A stretch of 32,000 nucleotides of DNA from Patescibacteria group bacterium. GTDB lineage: Bacteria > Patescibacteriota > Patescibacteriia > 2-01-FULL-39-33. The first letter of the stretch is position 1. The number at the start of each line of letters is the position of its first letter. The translations under genes and the position numbers were made by a program. Positions 7,678-14,919 of this stretch are shown here, piece after piece. The DNA lies in contig JBAZMW010000001.1 in NCBI GenBank assembly GCA_041649575.1, forward strand, positions 1 to 32,000. Direction: 5' to 3'. Below the pieces are notes generated by a model. It was not told where the DNA came from, did not search any database, and saw only the letters and a program-made list of their open reading frames with translations.

Positions 7678-9738
7678 ATGAAAAGCAAGAAGACCAATCT
7701 GCCCAGCCCCACTCAAACCAAGGTCAGATTATCGCTGGCGGTTTTTTTCGCGGCCGCCTCCATGATTTTTTCAGTTTTAGCGATCGTGGTTATCAAAAAC
7801 AATCAACCGGTAGGCAAGGTGAAAATGGCTGCCACGCCAGCCACTTACTATGTCGATTGCCGATTGTCGGCCAGTGGCGATGGCAGTCTGGCTGCGCCCT
7901 GGAACAACCTGGCCAGTGTTTCCAGCTTCAGTTTTTCGCCGGGCTCCAGAATAGTTTTTAAACAAGGCACGGTCTGCGCGGGCCAATTAATAATCAATTC
8001 TTCCGGTAATGGCGATGCTGATGCTGCGCGGATAATTTTTGAAGGCGAGGGCACGGGGGCAACAATTCAAGGAGCCAGCTCCAAACCGTCTGGCAGCGGT
8101 TTGAGGTTTATGGTGGTGATGGACGGCAAGCAATACATAACAATCAGAAATCTAAAGATTCAGTTTGCCGAAGATCCGGTTTTAATCAGCAACTCCAGTT
8201 ATATTAATTTAAACAACCTGACCGTCAAAGACAGTATCGGTTTTGGAGGTATTTACGTGGTTTCGCAGAATAATGGCAGTGTTTATCATGATAAAATTTC
8301 CAATTGTAACGTTAGCGGCATCACGGGCAGCGCCGCTTCCTTGGCCACCGACCCGGGCACCAAGCTGGCTTACAGTTATGGGAGAGGCATTTATTTTTAC
8401 GGGACTAATGCAAAATACAACGAAATTTCGGGCAACACCGCGACTAATAACGGCGATGCTGGCATTGTCACGCTTTTTGCTTCTGACAGCATTATAAAAA
8501 ATAATACTGTAAGCAACAACGGATCGGCCGGCATTTGGGTCGGCGGAGTTGATGGCGAGTCGGCCAATAATCTAATCGAGAACAACACGGTTTATAATAA
8601 TTGCCAGAAGATTGACGATGAGTTTGGCATTAATTTGCACCGGGTCGGTAATAACAATATCGTTAGATATAACAAAGTCTACGGGCAATTTTACGACTTA
8701 TCAACCGAGACTTCTTCGCCGACAATTTGTAATGCCGATGGCTATGACACTAACGGTGTCTGTGTGCACAAATATGGTAGTGGCGGCATTCGTTTCGACG
8801 CCGCTTCCAGCCAGATGAGTAAGACCGGCAATAAGGTTTATTACAATTTGATTTACAATGAGTATATCGGTTTTGGCAATATTAATTTTTCCGGTTTGGA
8901 AGTTTACAATAATGTGATCAGCAGCAGCAAAGATTCTGGCCTGAATATCCTGGGCTACAATCAAGAGCAAGCGAATTTAAGCAATAACTCGTTTAAAAAT
9001 AATATTATCTATAATTCCAATAATGTCTTAGTCCGAGTTATTAATGCCAACATCAGCGGCAACGATTTTAATAATAATATTTATTATCCAGACGGCAGTA
9101 CCAAGTTTTGTTCCAGTAATTGGTATGACGGCACCTTGTCTAACGCCTGCGAAAATCCTTATAGTTTTAGCGGCTGGAAGTCGGCTAAAGGCGAGACCAA
9201 TTCCAAAGCCGTTGACCCGCTGTTTGTTAATGCCGTGGCTTATAATTTTGCCCTGCAGGCTGCCTCTCCGGCCAAGAATTCAGGCGTCAACATCGGTTTA
9301 ACGGCTGATTTTTCCGGAGCAACGGTGCCGCAAGGCACGGCGCCAGAAATCGGTGCTTATGAATTAGGAGAAGTCGCTTGCACTTCCGATTGTACCGGCA
9401 AGGTTTGTGGTGACAATGGTTGCGGCGGCAGTTGCGGCAGCTGTCAAACCGGTCAGGTTTGCACTAGTGGCTCCTGTGTGGCTGCTTGCGTTCCCAAAAC
9501 CTGTGCTCAACTTGGCAAAAATTGTGGTAGCCAGTCAGATGGTTGTGGCAATAACTTAAACTGCGGTACCTGTACGGCCGCTCAGACCTGCACTAGCGGT
9601 GTCTGCAAAACAAAAATCTGCTCGGATAACGCTTGTTGCCGGGCCAAATACGGCTCCAGCTATTATTATTTTTCCAGCAAAAAACAATGTTGCAAAAAAA
9701 GTTTCTTGGGCTTGCCGAATTCTTGTAAAGCGTTGTAA
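7678..9738 (+). CDS. Secreted/anchored right-handed parallel beta-helix (PbH1/NosD-like) protein with a C-terminal Cys-rich tandem module
   Basis: There is an N-terminal TM/signal anchor. Repeated N-x-I/V-x-N-N beta-helix rungs are present (NNTVSNNGSAGIWV, NNTVYNN...). The C-terminus has two CG..CG..CG.C..GQ.CTSG.C modules. Confidence 0.8.
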   Translation: MKSKKTNLPSPTQTKVRLSLAVFFAAASMIFSVLAIVVIKNNQPVGKVKMAATPATYYVDCRLSASGDGSLAAPWNNLASVSSFSFSPGSRIVFKQGTVCAGQLIINSSGNGDADAARIIFEGEGTGATIQGASSKPSGSGLRFMVVMDGKQYITIRNLKIQFAEDPVLISNSSYINLNNLTVKDSIGFGGIYVVSQNNGSVYHDKISNCNVSGITGSAASLATDPGTKLAYSYGRGIYFYGTNAKYNEISGNTATNNGDAGIVTLFASDSIIKNNTVSNNGSAGIWVGGVDGESANNLIENNTVYNNCQKIDDEFGINLHRVGNNNIVRYNKVYGQFYDLSTETSSPTICNADGYDTNGVCVHKYGSGGIRFDAASSQMSKTGNKVYYNLIYNEYIGFGNINFSGLEVYNNVISSSKDSGLNILGYNQEQANLSNNSFKNNIIYNSNNVLVRVINANISGNDFNNNIYYPDGSTKFCSSNWYDGTLSNACENPYSFSGWKSAKGETNSKAVDPLFVNAVAYNFALQAASPAKNSGVNIGLTADFSGATVPQGTAPEIGAYELGEVACTSDCTGKVCGDNGCGGSCGSCQTGQVCTSGSCVAACVPKTCAQLGKNCGSQSDGCGNNLNCGTCTAAQTCTSGVCKTKICSDNACCRAKYGSSYYYFSSKKQCCKKSFLGLPNSCKAL

Positions 9739-9760
9739 TTTTAAGTTTAAAAATTAATTA

Positions 9761-9790
9761 AAAATCCCCCCGCTTAAGCGGGGGGATTTT
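9761..9790. terminator. Bidirectional terminator between convergent genes
   Basis: It is a perfect 30-nt palindrome, aaaatccccccgctt/aagcggggggatttt, with A and T tracts on both sides. Confidence 0.75.
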
Positions 9791-9798
9791 AAGCTGGA

Positions 9799-10266
9799 TT
9801 ATTTTTGTTTCAAATATTCTTCAATCACTGGCTTCACATTGGGCGCACAGTCGGCCGGTAGGTTGTTAATATCAAACCATTCCATGGCCAAAACTTCCTT
9901 GCCCCTCACCGGCTCCTCGTCGATGGTAGCCAAATAATGAATCAGCACAATGGCTTCTGGCTTATCGCTGCCGGTTTCCGGCAGCTCGTTCCAAATAATC
10001 ATTGGTTTGAGGGTTTTTATCAAACTTACCTTCACGCCGATTTCCTCTTTGGCTTCGCGAATGGCATTTTCTTCCAGCCCCAAGCCCTTAATGACTTTGC
10101 CGCCGCAGAATTTCCATTTCAACTGCTCCAATGGCTTGTCGCCATGTTTGACCAGTAGGGTTTTTTCGACTCCGTTTTTTTCTTTGATGATGATTACTGG
10201 ACCTGAAGCAATCATGGTTTGGAAAATGCCGATTTCACCGGGGACTGTCTGGTTGATGTTGGTCAT
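9799..10266 (-). CDS. NUDIX hydrolase
   Basis: It has the Nudix box GGKVIKGLGLEENAIREAKEEIGV. Confidence 0.85.
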   Translation of the reverse strand: MTNINQTVPGEIGIFQTMIASGPVIIIKEKNGVEKTLLVKHGDKPLEQLKWKFCGGKVIKGLGLEENAIREAKEEIGVKVSLIKTLKPMIIWNELPETGSDKPEAIVLIHYLATIDEEPVRGKEVLAMEWFDINNLPADCAPNVKPVIEEYLKQK

Positions 10267-10286
10267 ATCATTTGTCTAAAATCTCG

Positions 10287-11930
10287 CTAAATTGATTTTA
10301 ACATATAAGTTCCGGAAAGTGTATAGCCCATTTTTTTGTAGTATTCTCTCACGCCGATGCCGGCAATAACAGCGATTCCTCGGCTGTGCTTGGGACAAGT
10401 TTTTTTCAGCCCTTTCTTGGTAATTTTTTCTGCTTCCAACAGTAATTTTTTGCCCAACCCCAGGTGTTGGACTTCACCCTTTTTGCCCAGTCCGGCGAGC
10501 TGGCCGTAAGTATGCAGCTCGCGGATGAGGGCCGCGGCATGAAGTTCGGGAATGAAATTTTTTTCCGAGTCATTATTTATTCTCAAGCGTAAAAAAGCAT
10601 ATAAAATTTTTTCATCCGGCGACTCGAAAGACAAAAAATATTCTTGGCCACCGCTGGCTCGGTATTTTCTGATTTTTAATTTTGTCTTTTCATCTTTTAG
10701 CCTTAAATTTTTAACATGGCCTACTTCCCGGCAACGAATACACTTACAATTCCAACCATCTTTCTCAGCTTGCTCGTTAATTAATTGCCTCAGATTGGTA
10801 ATTTTGTTGCCAGCGGCAATGCTTTCCTCTGGGATATCGCGAATCAGCCTCGTGATGCGTACCCAGGGAGGCGTGATTTTTTTAATCTTAATTAGTAAGT
10901 CTAAAAGCTGGCGGTCAGAATAGGGTCGGTATTTTTTTGTTTGCCACAACCGGTAAAGCCGAGCGTCTTTATTGACGACACAAGGATAAATTTTTACCAT
11001 ATCCGGCATATAATTGCCGTCAGTGTAAATTTTTTTAAACATAGCCAGGTCTTTGGCTGGTGTTGAGCCGTAGAGATTGGGCATCAGATGCAGGTTGATT
11101 TTAAAACCAGAATTTTTGAGCAGTTTGATAGCCTCAATACTTTGCTTAACGCTGTGGCCACGGCGGTTTAATTTTAAAATTTTATCGTCAGTGTGCTGGA
11201 TGCCAAGTTCCACCCGGGTGCAACCCAAACTTCTCATTTGTACAATCTCTTTTTCATTAATAAAGTCGGGTCGGGTTTCCAGGGTGAGTCCGATACAGCG
11301 GTGCCTGGCCGTTTCGTTTCTTTTTTGCGCTGTCGCCAGATCTTTACTGGTTCGGCCGTTGAGCGCGTCGAAGCAACGTTTAATAAACCAGTTTTGGTAT
11401 TGTCGGGGGTGATAGCTCCAGGTGCCGCCCATGACAATTAGTTCAATTTTGTCGACCGCATGGCCGTTGGCTTGAAGCGCCTTGAGGCGCATCGCCACTT
11501 GGCGATAAGGATTAAAATCGTTTAAGATGGCGCGCATCACCGCCGGCTCGTTGGAGAGATATGACTTGGGCATGCCGCTTTCGGTCGGGCAAAAAAGACA
11601 CCGGCCGGGGCAGGGGTGGGGCTTGGTGAGCACCGAAATCACGGCCACTCCGGAAAGAGTGCGGACGGCGCGTTTGGTCAGGAATTTTTCTAAGTTTCTG
11701 TTTTTTAGTTTCGGTTGCTTTTTGATGATTTTATGATATGCTGAAAGTAGTTTGGACTTTTCCGGTGGTGGCAGTTTTAGCTTGCCGAACTGATGTCGAG
11801 CCAGGTTTAAAAAGTCCTTCTCGGTTTGAGGATTTTTAGTTATTAAACATTTAATTATTTTTTTTATGTCATCGCGAGGGAGCGATAGCGACCGTCCGCC
11901 TAGGCTCGGCGAGACTGGTGGCGATCCCAT
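10287..11930 (-). CDS. elp3: Elp3-type radical-SAM/GNAT tRNA-modification enzyme homolog
   Basis: It has the radical-SAM cluster motif CPGRCLFCP, a central TIM-like radical-SAM core, and a C-terminal GNAT motif (QHLGLGKKLLLEAEKI). The start is uncertain. I chose the ATG at 11930. The track ORF extends to 11966, across the divergent GIY-YIG start. The first ~20 codons are encoded by a repeat element. Confidence 0.85.
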   Translation of the reverse strand: MGSPPVSPSLGGRSLSLPRDDIKKIIKCLITKNPQTEKDFLNLARHQFGKLKLPPPEKSKLLSAYHKIIKKQPKLKNRNLEKFLTKRAVRTLSGVAVISVLTKPHPCPGRCLFCPTESGMPKSYLSNEPAVMRAILNDFNPYRQVAMRLKALQANGHAVDKIELIVMGGTWSYHPRQYQNWFIKRCFDALNGRTSKDLATAQKRNETARHRCIGLTLETRPDFINEKEIVQMRSLGCTRVELGIQHTDDKILKLNRRGHSVKQSIEAIKLLKNSGFKINLHLMPNLYGSTPAKDLAMFKKIYTDGNYMPDMVKIYPCVVNKDARLYRLWQTKKYRPYSDRQLLDLLIKIKKITPPWVRITRLIRDIPEESIAAGNKITNLRQLINEQAEKDGWNCKCIRCREVGHVKNLRLKDEKTKLKIRKYRASGGQEYFLSFESPDEKILYAFLRLRINNDSEKNFIPELHAAALIRELHTYGQLAGLGKKGEVQHLGLGKKLLLEAEKITKKGLKKTCPKHSRGIAVIAGIGVREYYKKMGYTLSGTYMLKSI

Positions 11931-12294
11931 GGAGTTTGAGAGCGATTTGTTTTTATGAATAACCATTATTATCTTTATATTTTAACTAATAAATACAATA
12001 GAGTATTGTATACTGGAGCGACTAGTAACTTATTAAGAAGAGTTTGGGAACACAGGAATAAGTTAAATAAAAATTCTTTTACTGAAAGGTATAATGTTAA
12101 TAAGTTAGTCTATTATGAAGTATATTATTCTGTTACGGACGCCATTTTCAGAGAAAAACAAATCAAAGGAGGCGACAGAACAAGCAAGGAGACACTGATT
12201 AATAAATTTAATCCGGAGCGGAAGGATTTATATGGAGAAATGGTAGAAAATTAAAAACACGGGATTGCTTCGTCGTTTCACTCCTCGCAATGAC
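11868..12294 (+). mobile_element. Putative mini mobile unit: GIY-YIG ORF bracketed by terminal inverted repeats
   Basis: The left end is gtcatcgcgagggagcgatagcgacc...gcgatccc (11868-11928). The right end is gggattgcttcgtcgtttcactcctcgcaatgac (12261-12294). Its reverse complement, gtcattgcgaggagtgaaacgacgaagcaatccc, matches both extremities of the left end. Confidence 0.5.
11955..12254 (+). CDS. GIY-YIG nuclease-family protein (UPF0213-like)
   Basis: It has the N-terminal YYLYILTN...VLYTGATSNLLRRVWEH, the GIY/YIG-type motif with a conserved R and E. It is small (99 aa) and AT-rich. Confidence 0.85.
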   Translation: MNNHYYLYILTNKYNRVLYTGATSNLLRRVWEHRNKLNKNSFTERYNVNKLVYYEVYYSVTDAIFREKQIKGGDRTSKETLINKFNPERKDLYGEMVEN

Positions 12295-13162
12295 ATTTAT
12301 GAAACAACAACGCATTAATAAGATTCTACAACAAACGCGTGATGTTTACAATAAAATAGCGCTGGACTTTTCGGACACTCGCGGTCATTGGTGGAAAGGC
12401 ATGGGCAGTTTTAATAAATATGTCAGACCGGGTGACCGAGTGCTAGATTTGGGTTGCGGTAATGGCCGGATGGCGGAAATTTTTGAGGGTTCGCAAATCG
12501 AATACTTGGGAATTGACAATAGCGAGGAGTTGATAAAAATAGCTCGTGGGAGATTTAAAAATAAATCTTGGGTGAGGTTTAGGGTGGGTGATGTATTGCA
12601 GTTGTCATCCCGAGGAGCCGATGGCGACGTGGGGGTCTCGTCTAATATTGAAGGAGGCGGGATTGCCACCAGTCTCGCCGAGCCTAGGCGGACGGTCGCT
12701 TCACTCCCTCGCAATGACAGTTTATTTGATTTGGTTTTGCTGATAGCGGTTTTGCATCACCTTCCGACCAAGGAGCTGCGACTTAAAGTTTTAGAAAATA
12801 TTTTTCAGAGTTTAAGGCCCGGTGGCCGGCTGGTGATGCTAAACTGGAATTTATGGCAGGTGTTTGGCAGTTTCGATTATAAATTTCGCTATTGGAAATA
12901 CCTTTTTAACTGGTCCGAAAAAATAAAGCGTGGCGTTTGGGGTTTTTCTGACGCTTTTGTACCCTGGAAGATGAGGGCCGGCCAAAAGCTGGCCGAGCAG
13001 GACTGGCAGTTACGCTATGTGCATTCTTTTACCATTAGAGAAACCAAAAAATTATTACGGCAGGCCGGCTTTGTGGTTGAGGGTATTACTTATGAAAAAA
13101 GGGATAAAAGAGTGGGCGTTTTGTCGGGCGACCACTCATTGGCCGTGGCAATAAAAAAATGA
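12290..13162 (+). CDS. Class I SAM-dependent methyltransferase (Methyltransf_11-like) carrying an in-frame repeat-derived insertion
   Basis: Motif I is VLDLGCGNGR, and FDLVLLIAVLHHLP follows later. The more likely start is the ATG at 12299, because 12290 lies inside the repeat. Residues ~106-144 (SSRGADGDVGV...SLPRNDS) are encoded by the 12604-12718 element. Confidence 0.8.
   Translation: MTFMKQQRINKILQQTRDVYNKIALDFSDTRGHWWKGMGSFNKYVRPGDRVLDLGCGNGRMAEIFEGSQIEYLGIDNSEELIKIARGRFKNKSWVRFRVGDVLQLSSRGADGDVGVSSNIEGGGIATSLAEPRRTVASLPRNDSLFDLVLLIAVLHHLPTKELRLKVLENIFQSLRPGGRLVMLNWNLWQVFGSFDYKFRYWKYLFNWSEKIKRGVWGFSDAFVPWKMRAGQKLAEQDWQLRYVHSFTIRETKKLLRQAGFVVEGITYEKRDKRVGVLSGDHSLAVAIKK
12604..12718. repeat. 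115-bp MITE-like palindromic element of the GIY-YIG-associated repeat family, inside the methyltransferase CDS
   Basis: Its termini, gtcatcccgaggagccgatggcgac (12604-) and gtcgcttcactccctcgcaatgac (-12718), are inverted copies of each other. Its right 60 nt (12659-12718) are a near-identical reverse complement of 11868-11928, including a 34-nt perfect match. Confidence 0.6.
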
Positions 13163-13174
13163 TAGAATGAGGAT

Positions 13175-14554
13175 ATGAAAATCAACTCTAATATTTTCAA
13201 AGAATACGATATCCGTGGCAAGTATCCCGGTGAACTGGACGAGCAGACAACTCAAGCTTTGGGTTTGGCTTTTGCCAAAATGATCAAGACCAAAAGAATC
13301 ATTGTCGGCCGCGACGCGCGGCCGGAATCAGAAAAAGTTTTTTGGCCACTCTTGTTTGGTCTGGCCAAAGGCGGCATGCAAATTTATGATTTGGGGGTTT
13401 GCTCGACGCCGGAATTGTTTTTCGCGGTCGGCGACAAAAAGATCGAAAGCGGCGTCATGATCACCGCCTCTCATTCTCCGGCCGGTCAGACCGGTTTCAA
13501 GTTTTGTAATGAGCAGGGTGTTGTTTATGGCCTAAAAACCGGGCTCAAAAAATTAAAATACCTAGCCGATCAAGAAATTAAAAAAATAAATAAACCGGTG
13601 TTGCAGCCGGCCAAAGTCGAAAAAGTCGCTTTGGCGGCGTTGGCCAAAGATTATCAGAAATTCGCTTTTTCTTTTGTGAAGCCGGCGGCGATAGCCGGTT
13701 TTAAAATGGTTATAGACGCTTCCGGCGGCTCGAGCTACAGATTAATAAATCGCCTGGTCCAGAAACTACCGCTGCAGACAATAAAAATAAATTTCAAAGA
13801 AAAAGACAAATATCCAGACCACGACTTGAATCCGCTGCTTTCGGAAAATCAACGAGTGGCTGCCAGAGAAATAAAAAAGCAACAAGCCGATTTGGGCGTG
13901 GTTCTTGACGGCGACGGTGATAGAATAGTTTTTTTGGATGAACGAGGCAGATTTGTCGAGCCTTATTATCTTAACTGCTTGCTGGCGGAAATATTTTTGA
14001 AGCTTAGGCCCAAAATGACAGTGCTGTTTGACGCGCGTTTGAATCTGGCGATCACCGAAGTGATAAAAAACAATGGCGGCCGGCCGCTTAGCCACCGCAG
14101 CGGCTATGCCAACTTCATTGATTTTATGACCAAAAAAAAATTACTGTTCGGCTGCGAAAACTCCGGCCATTTTCTGATTAATTTCGCCCTGAAAAAAAAG
14201 CGGCAATATGTTTACGGCGACACTTTAATAATTTTATTGCTGATTTTGAAATATTTGAAGGAGAAAAATTTAAAATTATCGCAAGCGATTGAGCCGTTTG
14301 AAAAAAAATACGTCATTTCCGGCGAACAGAATTTTAGAGTCAAGGATTTTAAAAAACTGATGCTAAAAATTAAAAAAGAATTCAGGGGAAACCGTCTGGA
14401 GACGATTGATGGTTTGTCTGTCTGGAGCCAAGGCGGGGACTGGTTTTTCAATATCCGGCCTTCGCATACCGAGCCGGTAGTGCGTCTGAACGTTGAAGCC
14501 AAAAATAAAAAAATCATCAATCAGTTGGTCAAAAAAATCAAATTGATAATTTAA
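13175..14554 (+). CDS. Phosphomannomutase/phosphoglucomutase (alpha-D-phosphohexomutase family)
   Basis: The phosphoserine loop is ITASHSPAGQTGFK (S-H-S-P rather than the usual S-H-N-P). The metal loop is LDGDGDRIVFLDE. A sugar-binding GCENSGH is present. Confidence 0.85.
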   Translation: MKINSNIFKEYDIRGKYPGELDEQTTQALGLAFAKMIKTKRIIVGRDARPESEKVFWPLLFGLAKGGMQIYDLGVCSTPELFFAVGDKKIESGVMITASHSPAGQTGFKFCNEQGVVYGLKTGLKKLKYLADQEIKKINKPVLQPAKVEKVALAALAKDYQKFAFSFVKPAAIAGFKMVIDASGGSSYRLINRLVQKLPLQTIKINFKEKDKYPDHDLNPLLSENQRVAAREIKKQQADLGVVLDGDGDRIVFLDERGRFVEPYYLNCLLAEIFLKLRPKMTVLFDARLNLAITEVIKNNGGRPLSHRSGYANFIDFMTKKKLLFGCENSGHFLINFALKKKRQYVYGDTLIILLLILKYLKEKNLKLSQAIEPFEKKYVISGEQNFRVKDFKKLMLKIKKEFRGNRLETIDGLSVWSQGGDWFFNIRPSHTEPVVRLNVEAKNKKIINQLVKKIKLII

Positions 14555-14563
14555 TTTTATATT

Positions 14564-14836
14564 ATGCCTGAAGAAAAAATTTCTGCCGAAGTGGCCAAAA
14601 ATATCGGTGGACAACTAGGCATTGACTGGTCGAAATTCGATGTCGAGCAGTTTAGAAAGGGGATGGAGGTGGAATTGGAGCACGGCAAGAGGAGTGCCGA
14701 AACCAATGTCACCAATAATAACCCATTAATTACTGGCAAGATTGCCCTGGCGCATTTAAATGAGTTCCCCGATTACTATACGCGGCTGGATAAGATGGAA
14801 AAAGAGGCGGATGATTTTTGGGGCAAGAAAAATTAG
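14564..14836 (+). CDS. Small conserved hypothetical protein (DUF5661-like by recollection)
   Basis: It is a 90-aa ORF with the motifs EVELEHG...TNVT and IALAHLNEFPDYYTRL. It starts 10 nt after the upstream gene. The family assignment is from memory only. Confidence 0.55.
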   Translation: MPEEKISAEVAKNIGGQLGIDWSKFDVEQFRKGMEVELEHGKRSAETNVTNNNPLITGKIALAHLNEFPDYYTRLDKMEKEADDFWGKKN

Positions 14837-14849
14837 TTAAAAAATAATT

Positions 14850-14886
14850 AGAGCCGGGGGAAGCGGATGCTCGCTCCCTCGGCTCT
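14850..14886. terminator. Bidirectional terminator shared by convergent genes
   Basis: The stem agagccggggg (14850-14860) / ccctcggctct (14876-14886) has one G-T wobble, plus an inner agcg/cgct stem. T-rich tracts follow on both strands. Confidence 0.65.
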
Positions 14887-14919
14887 TTGTTTGGTTCGAT
14901 GTACGGCTGCGGCTACCCC

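Noticed and set aside
9370-9640. Repetitive DNA might have been a CRISPR-like or tandem-repeat array.
   Set aside because: The periodicity is at the protein level (Cys-rich modules within one continuous ORF). There are no identical direct repeats with unique spacers. No CRISPR array exists anywhere in the window.
11931-11966. A 12-codon upstream extension of the Elp3-like ORF overlaps the GIY-YIG start on the opposite strand.
   Set aside because: The extension (MVIHKNKSLSNS) crosses the divergent gene start and has no conservation rationale. The ATG at 11930 is the more economical start, though still uncertain.
13160-13162. An alternative genetic code (UGA reassignment, as in some CPR lineages) is possible.
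   Set aside because: TGA terminates well-supported genes at the expected length, for example the methyltransferase at 13160-13162. Housekeeping ORFs are full length under code 11.
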